DNA of 29,312 nt from Octopus sinensis (lineage: Eukaryota). The first letter of the stretch is position 1. Each line of letters opens with the position of its first letter. The stretch covers positions 1 through 29,312 of the forward strand of contig NW_021833138.1 in the NCBI RefSeq assembly GCF_006345805.1, read 5' to 3'. The notes under the pieces are model-generated. The model had not been told where the DNA came from. It was given only the letters and a program-made list of their open reading frames with translations, and searched no databases. Below, one piece after another: positions 1 through 10,200 of the stretch. Made by a program: the position numbers and the translations under genes.

Positions 1-143
1 AAGAGACAGAGAGACAGAAGCTGGTGTCTTGCCACAACAAGGGGCATTAGAGATGATGATCCAGTATCAAATGATGAAAGGTGTAACAGAAATAGAAGCA
101 GAAATAGATGTCTTGTTATAGAGGAGGGACATGGTTACCCAGT

Positions 144-178
<35 letters not shown>

Positions 179-181
179 GGG
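144..181. repeat. (GA)n microsatellite / purine tract
   Basis: Direct GA dinucleotide run; explains ORF 142..366. Confidence 0.95.
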
Positions 182-416
182 GGGAGATAGAAAGTCAGAA
201 AGAGGTACAGAAAGTGGCCAGAAACAAGTGTCTAGATGTAAAGGTGATACTTGGTCACCTAGTTAGAGGAAAAACAAGAGGAGGAGAGAGTGAGAGTAGG
301 GAACAGCAGAAGTGTAAGAGAGAGAAGAAGAGAGATGGTGTAGTGCTAGGGTATAATTACAAATAACAAGAATATAACTATATATGTGTGTATACATATA
401 CACACACTTATTTGTG

Positions 417-637
417 CATGCATGCAGGCAACAGTTGCAGACCAGTCATCATATAAGCAGTATTGTTCATTTCCAATCTTCCAGGAAAACATCTTTGGCT
501 GTGGGGAAACAGGTTTTCCTTGCTTGGAAATAGGTAAGGGTCAGTGATAGGAAGGGCATCCAGCCATGAAAAAAATGTACTTCAACAAATTCCGTCTAAC
601 TCACACAAATATGGGAAAGTAGACAAAACAATGATGA
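417..637 (+). mobile_element. Degenerate SINE/RTE-tail repeat fragment
   Basis: Contains ggaagggcatccagcc and ends in a ...gggaaagtagac...atgatga tail. Resembles the repeat tails at 23021-23162 and 28690-28880. Confidence 0.6.
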
Positions 638-1261
638 GCTCACACACAAAGTTGCAGAAGAAGGTTCAAAAATTCCTTTGGCATTAATATAAAAACTGCT
701 AACAACTAAGGTTAGCAGAGCTTCTTATTACACATAATGCCTCTCCTTCACATAACCTCACCAGACTCCCAGCTGCACCCAATTCTCCACTGCTGAGGCT
801 CAAAGTACCAGGGTAGCTGATGTACTGCTCTGTCCATCCCACTGCCAGGCAGCACAACTAGGTATACCCTAACTACCATTATACAGTATCATTTCTTCAT
901 ACCAATGAATATTCTCTCATCATTCAATAATGATATTTCTCTAAAACATTTAAAGCAATATGTATATGAAAAGATAGTCACAATATAATAGCAAATACTA
1001 TATTAAACATGTAGATTTGATGAAAAACCAAAGTTGTAACAAAAATAAACATTTTTAGATGCATCATTTAAATACAAAAAGGGACTTCTGAATTACCTTG
1101 AGTATATATGCGCTAAGAGAGAAAGAGGGGAGGGAGAAATTTACAGGCATGAGCAACAGCTAGGCTTCCATATAAGGAAAATAAAAATAAAAAAAACACT
1201 TGCACAGGTTGCACCTTGAAGAACTTTCCAAATGCAGAAACTCACACTGACGGAGGGCCCT

Positions 1262-1285
1262 ACACACACACACACACACACACAC
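1262..1285. repeat. (CA)n microsatellite
   Basis: Direct read. Confidence 0.95.
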
Positions 1286-1802
1286 TGCTGGAATGTCTCA
1301 TCTGCTGAGTTGGAGCTAAACAACTGTTTGGAAATAGTCAAAATAACTTAGTCGCTGTACAACTATAAAAGGTTAAGCAACAGCAACTCTGTCTGCTAAA
1401 TATATGCCATCAAATGTACATACACAACCACACACACATGGTTGTGGTCTGGTGGAATGCGTCACCACTGGATGACCACTTGACCTGTAACACCATACTG
1501 TACTCTACCACTGTCTGCTAATAGCAATGTCAGTCTAACAATATACAAAGCAGTCAACTATTTTGAAACACAGTTACTATTAGGCTTGCAATTTAACCTT
1601 TTTCACCCATTTCATTAACCCCTTTAATTCCATTGGGTAAAAAGTGAGAATAGGAGTGTGACTAAGACATGGTATGTAGGACAAAAAGTAAAGTGAGGAG
1701 GAAGAAGAAGAAAAGGGAGGGAAAATGAGAAGAAAAGAGAAAGTAGACAGTAGAATATGGACATTATTACATTCAACAGATATTTGTCCTCATCTTGTTT
1801 GT

Positions 1803-1858
1803 TGTCAACACAATGTTTCGGCTGATATACCCTTCAGCCTTCTTTGGGTGTCTTGGGG
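1803..1858 (-). ncRNA. Degenerate minimal type I hammerhead ribozyme of the PLE
   Basis: Minus strand AAGACAC-CCAAAGA-A-GGCTG(loop)CAGCC-GAAAC-ATT-GTGTT. Stems I and II and GAAA are retained, but the CUGANGA core is mutated to CCAAAGA. Confidence 0.6.
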
Positions 1859-1929
1859 CAATTTCAGACCTGGGTTCATATTCCTTAGGTATTTTTTGAT
1901 ATTATTATTATTATTGTTGTTATTGTTCA

Positions 1930-1995
1930 GGTCACTGCTTGGAATCGAACTTGGAATCTTGGGGTTAGTAGCCCGTGCTCTTAACTGCTACGCCA
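1930..1995 (-). promoter_or_regulatory. tRNA-like Pol III internal promoter module (A and B boxes) inside the PLE terminal repeat
   Basis: Minus strand TGGCGTAGCAGTT (A-box-like), GGG-CTACTAA-CCC (anticodon-loop-like) and GTTCGATTCC (B-box-like). No acceptor stem, so not a functional tRNA gene. Confidence 0.6.
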
Positions 1996-3501
1996 TATGC
2001 CTGTGGGCAATTATGGAGTGAATTTTAGGGATTATAAATCTAATATTCTTCTATCCCTCCTAAATACTGGTTCCCATATGCTGCTCATATCTGCACTCAG
2101 TCTGCTTAGGAGATTGTTGTGTCCTAGCATACGAGCTGCTTCTTTTAGTTTTCGTATTTTCCAGCGGTGTTCTCTGTCTATTATTTTAACTTCATCCCAC
2201 AGTAGAATATGGACTCGGAACTGAACTTGAAGAAACAGCTTTCAGGTTCTAACGGGCATTGACTACATTAGTTCATCTTTACTTGTCATCACAACAAAAT
2301 TAAGCAAGGCAGAGAATAAAACTAATGAGAGAAACCTTAGCCTGCTAGAAATAGCAGCCAAATCTTTTTTCAAACATTTTAAAGGAGATAACATTGAATA
2401 ATATAATTAGTGACAAACTATATAAAAAAAATCATGGTTATATAATAATAGGTAACCCTGTAGCTTATTGATGCATGGATTAACTTTTAGCTTCTAAAAC
2501 TAAACGTAGCTTACCTAAATTCTCCATGGCATAAGAGTTTCTTTGTGTGATTTAGAGAGTAATTAGGGAGAAAGGGCTCCTTTTTTCCATACTTTACAAT
2601 CAGGGCAGCCTTGACATCGAGTCAATTGATTGAGCAAATTTAGAATTAAAAGCATTCCAACCATGACTGCTATCCCTTTTGCAGGTTATAACGTTTAACC
2701 AACATGTCCTTCCCTCTTCAAAAGGTTAAGCTGTGATTTGAGGGTGGTTTGGGTTGCAGTATCCAGCAGGTGGGGCGGCCACACTGAAAGCTCTCTCATT
2801 AGTTCAGTGATGGGGTGTAGTGCTTGACTATAGATTGTTCTGGGCTGTTCTAACCTAAACAATGGAAGAAGAGCACAGTCGGGTGATGTTAATGCCGTTG
2901 TTGGACTATACTGCAGTAGACAACAGACAACTATTAGCAAAAACCAAAATCAATATTGACAAGAAGAGATCCAATCTTCATTTGCCTCAGCAAATCCATT
3001 GATCATTGATGGCAAGAATTTATTTTGTAGCTTATGGCCACAAACTACTCCATCTCAGCAATATCCTTCAACTCCACCTGTTGTTGGAAGCATTCCTAAT
3101 TGCCATCAATTTTCGATAACACCACTTCTTTGTCTGCAGAAAACTGGCAGTTTTAGACAGACACCAACTATTTGGTGGAACATGAAGGTTTGCTATTTAT
3201 TTTTCATTTAATGACAAACATGAAGGAAGAGGTTTATACTTAGTGTAAACCTATTAATGTCATCTCAGCAAAAGTGAAGTTGTATGTTCTGCCACTGAGC
3301 TTGTATTCATTCTTATTTCAATATAGGAAACAGGATGATTTAATGAAGATAGATTTGATGTTAGTAGAAACAGCACTGCATAATGAAAACAGCAGCAAAA
3401 CCTCAATTCACTCATCATGCCAAGGTAGTCTCTATATTGTCACTCATTTTGACCTACTACAAATAGCAGGCAGATTGCCTTCAAATCACACTTTCACCTA
3501 G

Positions 3502-3710
3502 ACCATTTAGGATTTAAACCGGAAGTATCCAGTTCAAATATTTTACCTGTTCTAATCCCAAACTGACCAGATCCAGCCTCTCACACCTACTCTATCATTC
3601 TAAAAATCACGTTGTTGAAATCTCAAAGCTATGCGATAAGACATCATTAATTCAACACAATGTGAACAAACAAGCATTATATTTCACAGAGTAATCTGAA
3701 TGCTAAAGGG
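3502..3710 (+). mobile_element. piggyBac-type MITE, copy 1
   Basis: Ends ctgaatgctaaaggg|TTAA (3711-3714); 5' end degenerate. Aligns with 18686-18889 and the reverse complement of 10813-10966. Confidence 0.75.
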
Positions 3711-3971
3711 TTAAAGAAAGACACATTAGATAATATAGTCTGAAGGTATCATAAGTCTGAACTATAATACTAAATGGTCACAGGTGGGATGCTTATTTTC
3801 TCATATAGACTAAATAACAGCACACCTGAAATGGGTACTTACATTTTCATTTTACCCTAATTAATGACAATTAAAAAACTGGTGTCTAATTTAATGACAG
3901 CTGGAGGTGAATTAATAAATTCATTGATTAGAGAGGTTGAGGCAATAATCCTCTTACATTTGACAAGGGTT

Positions 3972-4201
3972 CACACACACACACACACATATATATATAT
4001 ACACACACATACGGAGACACAGATACATATATTTATGCATATATATAAATATATATCATCATCATCATCATTTAACGTCCGCTTTCCATGCTAGCAGACG
4101 TTAAATGATGATGATAATGATGATGATATATATTTATATATATGCATGTGTGTGTATATATGTATATATATATATATGGATATGTGTGTATGTATATATT
4201 G

Positions 4202-4234
<33 letters not shown>

Positions 4235-4445
4235 ATACATACACATGTATGTATATATATATATGTATGTATATGTATATATATACATACATACGTATAT
4301 GTATACAAACACATATGTATACAAACACATATGTATACAAACACATATGTATACAAACATGTATACATACACATATGTATACATACACATATGTATATAT
4401 ATACATACAAACACACATATGTATATATTTATATACACATACATA
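3972..4445. repeat. Compound (CA)n/(TA)n microsatellite, with an internal 16-bp minisatellite (~4298-4395) and a fold-back RTE tail (4035-4147)
   Basis: Direct read; unit tatgtatacaaacaca is repeated. Source of the stacked Y/I/H/C-rich ORFs. Confidence 0.95.
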
Positions 4446-4448
4446 CTG

Positions 4449-5046
4449 GTGGTGGTTGTCTCCTCCTTATGCAGAGTTTGACCACCTCTTGGACCTACAC
4501 CTTAGAACCATCATGATATCTGATGTGGCTTTTTAAACCAGACAATGTTTTGAAAAGACACCCACATAGTTTGCACATCCGATTTGGACTACCAAGACCT
4601 GCAGATAAATTCTGCTCTTTGTGGATATTAAAATGTCTTTTGAGGCCTCCGTTAGATTCGCAAACCTTCTGGCATACACTGCATTCAAAGGTGTACACAG
4701 AGATATGGGCAGAATAGTTGGTGGAGGTTCGTTTTCTATGGTTTCACAAATGAGATTTCAGCCCAGCAGAGGAACAGCGTGGTATGTCACAATCAGTGCA
4801 CACAAAAAGGTCATTCTCATTCACCTTTTTGATTGTTACATTCTTCTTTAGATCTCTTTTGAGTCTAACATGCATTATACAGGCATCTTCAAATGCTTTC
4901 ACTCCACTCCACACTTCTGTTTGCCATCCAGCTCAATCCGAAGCAAGAGTTTCTATGCCGTCTAGATCCATTCCAAGTGACACGATAGTCCTTATTCCGT
5001 CTGTAAACTTAACTTTAGGTTTAAGCCATTGATGTTTCCCCTCTGC
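4449..5046 (-). mobile_element. 3' end of an RTE-clade LINE encoding three C-terminal C2H2 zinc fingers, with (ACC)n tail
   Basis: One minus frame reads EGKHQWLKPKVKFTDGI...ETLASD*AGWQTEVWSGVKAFEDACIMHVRLKRDLKK (RTE C-terminal signature). It continues CTDC..HL*NH, CSVC..HFNIH, CKLC..HIRYH, stop at 4495, then a short 3' UTR and accaccacc tail. Both internal stops are TGA at positions where Arg is expected. Confidence 0.8.
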
Positions 5047-5056
5047 AGGATCACAG

Positions 5057-5091
5057 ATATATACACACACACACACACATATATATACATA

Positions 5092-5123
<32 letters not shown>

Positions 5124-5217
5124 GTCATCTTCGAACCCGAAGGACGAACATTATTATTTATTATATACATACATATACACACACATATATACATACATAT
5201 ATACACTCATATACATG

Positions 5218-5253
<36 letters not shown>
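5057..5253. repeat. Compound (CA)n/(TG)n/(TA)n microsatellite
   Basis: Direct read, interrupted by a short unique segment at ~5123-5150. Confidence 0.9.
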
Positions 5254-5455
5254 CAGGCGCAGGCGTGGCTGTGTAGTAAGAAGCTTGTTTCCCAACCACA
5301 TGGTTTCAGGATCAGCCCCACTTGGACAAGTGTCTTCTGCTATAGCCTCAGGCCAACGAAAGCCTTGCGAGTGGATTTGGTAGACGGAAACTAAAAGAAG
5401 CTCATTGTATGTATGTATTTGTTCCCCAACCATTGCTTGACAACTGATATTGGTG

Positions 5456-5861
5456 TAATACAGTTCTATATTTAAGAGATGAGGAATTATGTACATTATT
5501 TACATTCGATGGGTATTTGTCCTCATCTTGTTTGGCTGATATACCCTCCAGCCTTCTTCAGGTGTCTTGGGGAAATTTTGAACGTGGGCTCTCATTCCTA
5601 AGGTATTTTTCGATATTATCATTATTATTATTGTTGTTGTTCGGGTCACTGTTTGGAATCAAACTCGGAATCTTGGGGTTAGATTCTGAGTTTGATTCCA
5701 AGCAGTGACCCGAACAATAATAATAACATTGAAAAATACCTTAGGAATGAGAACGCAGGTTCAAATTTCCCCAAGACACCTGATGAAGGCTGGAGGGTAT
5801 ATCAGCTGAAACGTCTTAACAACAAACAAGATGAGGACAAATATCCATCAAATGTAAATAA
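5456..5861. mobile_element. Head-to-head inverted pair of PLE pseudo-LTRs (long palindrome) with 11-bp TSD
   Basis: Left arm 5456-5673 is the reverse complement of right arm 5681-5861; 7-nt loop tggggtt at 5674-5680. TSD tgatattggtg at 5445-5455 and 5862-5872. Both arms match the 1763-1960 repeat. Confidence 0.85.
5773..5820 (+). ncRNA. Minimal hammerhead ribozyme motif (core intact, stem I altered)
   Basis: AAGACAC-CTGATGA-A-GGCTG-gagggtatat-CAGCT-GAAAC-GTC-TTAAC shows the CUGAUGA and GAAA cores, a 5-bp stem II, a palindromic ACGU stem III and a GUC triplet. The GTGT needed for the stem I 3' strand is missing. Confidence 0.65.
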
Positions 5862-6025
5862 TGATATTGGTGCGTTTACATCCCCATAACTTAGCAGTTC
5901 AGCAAAAGGGACCATAGAATAAGTACTAGACTTACAAAGAATAAGTCCTGGGGTTGATTTCTTCAACAAAAACGGTGCTCCAGCATGCGCGCAGTGAAAT
6001 GACTGAAACAAGAATAAAAGAATCA

Positions 6026-6380
6026 TACATATACATACACGCACACACATATACATACATATGTATCCATATATGTGTGTGTATCATCATCCTCATTGTT
6101 TAAAGCAGACATTAAACGACGATGAGGATACACATATATACATACATGTACACACATACATATACACACACACAGATACATATACACACATATATATACA
6201 TACATACACACAAACATATATACAGAGATACATATACACACACATATACATACATATATACACATATGCATACATATATACACATATGCATACATATATA
6301 CACATATGCATACATATATACACATATGCATACATATATACACATACATATATATATATATACACACACACAGACCTGTC

Positions 6381-6451
<71 letters not shown>

Positions 6452-6475
6452 TGCATACATACATACATTTATACA
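6026..6475. repeat. Compound (CA)/(TA) microsatellite with a 20-bp minisatellite (cacatatgcatacatatata, ~6241-6350)
   Basis: Direct read. Confidence 0.95.
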
Positions 6476-6729
6476 TAACTATAGAGAGGTAGATGTGCAT
6501 GCTGTTCTGTAAACATGACCAGATATAGGAAGTAATCAATATCATGGTGATTATATTGGTGAAGATATCAGTAAAATATTTCCATTATAAAAAGAAAAAA
6601 AAAATGACAATTTTACAATTAATTATGTTATTTCAGTTTATTTGATTTTGTCATGAAATGGTAATTAGTGCTCAGTTACACTAGCAGCGCAGTCACAGAA
6701 ACAACAGCAATAGGTCTCCTCTCATTACA

Positions 6730-7030
6730 GCAGCAGTTGTACCAATAGACAAACACTACAACAACAACAACCACAGATCCACAACTGCCATAAATACCAC
6801 AAAGCCACACCGCAACTATAAAAATAACCTTAAACCCACACTGCTGCCATAAGAAACCAAAGTAAATCTCACTACAGTTACAATCACAGACTTATACAAT
6901 GACTATAACAACTACAAACCCATACTGACAACTCAACAATAATCACAAAGACACAGTGTGACTACAACAATCACAGGACCACACTGCCCCTACAACAATT
7001 AACTGAAGCCATAATTGCAACAACTGTCAC
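6730..7030. repeat. Degenerate A/C-rich (CAA/ACT-like) low-complexity tract
   Basis: Strong strand asymmetry and recurring acaac/actac motifs; no long ORF. Confidence 0.6.
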
Positions 7031-7111
7031 GGTTCAATTGCCTGTAAGACTCCGATTCACAGAGGTCATTACTGTGTTGGCCTCTCTTTTGATAGGATTT
7101 TTGATGTACAA

Positions 7112-8325
7112 CATCATCATCAACATTTAACGTCTGCTTTCCATGCCGGCATGGGTTGGACGGTTTAATTGAGGACTGGTGAGCCAGAAGGCTGCACCAG
7201 GTTCAATCTGACCTGGCAAAGCTTCTACAGCTGGATGCACTTCCTAATGCCAACCACTCTGTAGTGGTTGCTTTTACGCGCCAGTCAGGCGGTTCTGGCA
7301 ATAACCAAGATCAAAAGGTGTTTTTTACGTGCTACATGCACAGGAGCCAGTCCAGCAGTACTGGCAACGACCATGCTCGAATGTTGCTTTTCACGTGCCA
7401 CCAGCACATGCCAGTAAGGCAACGCTGGAATTGATCATGCTCAAATGATGCTTTTTACATGCAACTGGCACAGGAGCCAATCCATGGCCCCGGCAACGAT
7501 CACGCTTGGATGTGCTTTTAACATTCCACTGGCACAAGTGCCAATCAGGTAGTACTGTCATCGGCCATGTCAGTAATTTTGATTTCACTTGCCTCAATAG
7601 GTCTTTGCAAACAAAGTTTATTGTCCAATGAATGAAGCTTGGCACATTTATTGTCCAATGAATGAAGTGGGCTTGGCACAGGCCACAGGCTATGGTCTCA
7701 CTTGGCTTGTCAGGCCTTCTCAAGCACAGAATATCTCCAAAGGTTTCGGTCACTAGTCATTGCCTCAGTAAGGCCCAATATTCGAAGGTTGCGCTTCACC
7801 ACCTCATCCCAGGTCTTCCTGAATCTACCTCTTTCACAGGTTCCCTCAACTGCTGGGGTGTGACACCTTTCCACACAGCTGTCCTCATTCATTAGCAACT
7901 CATGACCATACCAGCGCAGTCGTCTCTCTTGCACACCACATCTGATGCTTCTTAAATCCAACTTTCCTCTCCAGGTGCTTACACTCTGTTGTGTATGCAC
8001 ACTGACATTATACATCCAGTGGAGCATACTGGGTTCATTTATTGCAAGCTTACGCATGTCTTCAGCAGTCACGGCCTATGTTTCACTGCCATGTAGCATG
8101 ACTGTTTGTACACATGCATCATACAGTCTACCTTTTACTCTGAGTGAGAGGCCCTTTGTCACTAGCAGAGGTAGGAGCTCTCTGAACTTTGTCCAAGCTA
8201 TTCTTATTCTAGCAGCTACACTTTCAGAGCATCCACCTTGGCTACTGACTTGGTCCCCTAGGTAACGGAAGTTATCAACTACTTTAGTTTTTCTCCCTAG
8301 AATGTGACAGAAGCTGTTCTCTACA
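7112..8325 (-). mobile_element. 5'-truncated RTE LINE (C-terminal part of ORF, 3' UTR and (TGA)n tail)
   Basis: Minus strand reads ...VVDNFRYLGDQVSSQGGCSESVAARIRIAWTKFRELLPLLVTKGLSLRVKGRLYDACVQTVMLHGSET*AVTAEDMRKL...RRLRWYGH...RGRFRKTWDEVV...SDRNLWR. The 3' UTR ends ccatgccggcatggaaagcagacgttaaatg-(tga)n at 7112. Confidence 0.92.
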
Positions 8326-9339
8326 CCACTAACATAATCCTTCTTTTGATTTCTTTTCTAGGTTGGCAGGTTGGGTTGGACAGAGCTGTAAATTCTTAGG
8401 AAATTTCTTTTTAAGGTATTGATAATGGCCACTTTAATGTTGCTGTCCTTTAAGAGACAATGGTACTGCTATTTTAACACCAAGAAGACATCTCCTCCAG
8501 CTGGTTTATTCAGTGCACTTATTGCACTCATTATTTATTGTAAGTGGGAGATAAGTCATGGCACCCTAGCTCTGAGACCACAAGACCACATGGATCTCCT
8601 CGGACATGGGCACTTGTTTGCCAGGCATGACAGCAGTTACAAAATACAAAATATAGAAAACAGTGTCATTAGTTTCCAAATTCCTAAATTTCTTTTTGTT
8701 CTTTTCTAAACATCAACCATAACATCAGTTTGCAGACTAAATAGATACATACCAAATAGACTAGGACTGTGGACAACTGACCTTGTCTGGCATATAGTCA
8801 CGTAACCAATGACGATGCTTTAACTAACAACCTGTCACTCAATAAATCAGCAATTTAGCCAATTTGTTGTTAACTTCTGCAACTGATATACAGCAATGAA
8901 TGCACCTTTTTGGTCATTATCTGGTATGATGAAAATGTACTGAACACTACCATTTTCTGGTGCCTTGCTATTCTTAACATGGGCAGATAAGCTTGAATTG
9001 TCAGAGATGCATGTTTATAAAATGAATGTGCATAATGTCTTTCTGTGTATATATATATAGTGTCTGTAATGTTCATGTGTACATTCATAGAGTGTGTATG
9101 AGTATGTGTATTTGTTTTGTGTACATGAGAGAGAGAGAGAAACAGACAACTTTACAAAGGAGGTCTAATCAGACGAAACAAGTACCAAGTTGTCTTTCAT
9201 GCAAGTTAGGATAATTAAAATATTAGTCAATGACTAATACTTTCTCTCACCACATATTCTTCATAAATTATTACATTAAATATCTTAACTCCCAGACAAT
9301 AGATATAACTATGTTAATTTTATTTATTACTATGGCCAG

Positions 9340-9720
9340 GTTCCAACTTGGGCCATCATCTTTAGCCCTTCAATAGCTTAATACTGACAGGAGTCACATA
9401 CTCCTCCTACAGAGTGCATTTCTTCATTAGTAGAAACAAGATCTTCGGTGAGACAGAAATTGCATACCACCTGTCCCCAATTCAAGGCTGGGATTCTTTT
9501 TAGCATTGAGGTATGTTTGGTCCGGGATTGTTTATTTCTATATTCACAGCTAACCTTCACATCTGAAGGCCTTGCCCCAATCCACCACCTTAGGACCAGG
9601 TGGATGAAAGTTTTTTCTCCACATGAGAGGCTGCCAGATGATTTGGTTCAGTCCTCTCCAACAACTACCTTAGGGGCCCTCCCCCTGGATTTTCTATAGG
9701 AGTTCAATCTCTTAACCTTC
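9340..9720 (-). mobile_element. Possible decayed LINE 5' region (RTE-like), unconfirmed
   Basis: GC-richer block; the minus-strand gcagcctctc..ggagaaaaaact resembles RTE 5' UTR motifs as I recall them. No diagnostic protein motif. Confidence 0.25.
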
Positions 9721-9909
9721 CACATTCACATGTGTATAAGCAGGAAAGAAACAAAAACTATGTTATGTGTTTAATGTTCAGTTTCCTACAGTGCTACAAA
9801 GCTATCTACAATATATAACAGATCATCATGGATTGCTACCTGTGATAGACTATGTTGGTTGTTGCTGATGTTGTTCAGACTCAAGTTAGCCTTGATTCAG
9901 TAAATCTTC

Positions 9910-10200
9910 TGATCAAATTTTAGTGGTTGATGGGAGAAATAAAGGCTGAGATTGATTCATAGAGTGATGTAATCACTGGATGCAGGAGATGGATATTCAA
10001 GTCATTGAGGACATGTAAGAGGAAGAGAGTCTGAGCTGTTAAAGTGATGAGTTCAAAGACAAAGTAGGAGAGAACAGTCATAGAGGTAGAAATCAGAATT
10101 GAATTTATGCTGGTAGTTGGTGAGTAAGGGATAATGAGGGCTGACTCATCTTATAAATGACTCCACTGTGTAGAGCCATCAATGTGAAGCTGTAAAGATA
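9910..10200 (-). mobile_element. Possible ancient L2/CR1-type APE endonuclease remnant
   Basis: Minus-strand VLNDLNIH resembles the ILGDFNIH motif of LINE AP endonucleases, in a pyrimidine-rich context. Single motif only. Confidence 0.3.

Larger units (their letters stand above)
1763..2199 (-). mobile_element. 5'-truncated Penelope-like retroelement (C-terminal end of GIY-YIG-type ORF plus pseudo-LTR) with 15-bp TSD
   Basis: Minus strand 2199-2032 reads WDEVKIIDREHRWKIRKLKEAARMLGHNNLLSRLSADMSSIWEPVFRRDRRILDL*, like PLE endonuclease C-termini. It is followed by a tRNA-like module and a hammerhead-like motif. Flanked by the exact direct repeat cagtagaatatggac at 1748-1762 and 2200-2214. Confidence 0.8.
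5255..6023 (+). mobile_element. tRNA-derived SINE split by a PLE palindrome insertion (SINE parts 5255-5455 and 5873-6023)
   Basis: Head ggcgcaggcgtggctgtgtagtaagaagctt...ggaaactaaaagaagc and 3' part ...tgtttacatccccataacttagc...gactgaaacaagaataaaagaat. Collinear with the uninterrupted minus-strand copy at 27478-27877. Confidence 0.85.

Noticed and set aside
696-718. ctgctaac/gttagcag 8-bp hairpin
   Set aside because: Too short to exceed chance in 29 kb.
762-857. Possible 96-nt minus-strand exon (phase 1-1, VLPGSGMDRAVHQLPWYFEPQQWRIGCSWES)
   Set aside because: Donor GTGAGG is good but the acceptor has no pyrimidine tract and the peptide is unrecognised; support is insufficient.
1930-1995. 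Functional tRNA gene
   Set aside because: A/B boxes are present but there is no acceptor-stem pairing, and it sits inside a repeated retroelement.
2695-3501. ORFs 2695-2940, 2999-3211 and 3274-3501 in a GC-richer block
   Set aside because: No recognisable domain, no consistent splice sites, and stops in extended frames on both strands.
3864-4536. Stack of long ORFs (up to 143 aa) rich in Y/I/H/C/V
   Set aside because: Translations of (CA)/(TA) microsatellites that happen to lack stops; the same applies to 5029-5496 and 5802-6545.
4495-4698. C2H2 zinc-finger host gene
   Set aside because: In frame with an upstream RTE C-terminus containing stops and followed by a retro tail, so it is called as LINE-derived.
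9511-9549. GTATGT...CACAG plus-strand mini-intron
   Set aside because: 39 nt is implausibly short, and the flanks give no coherent protein.
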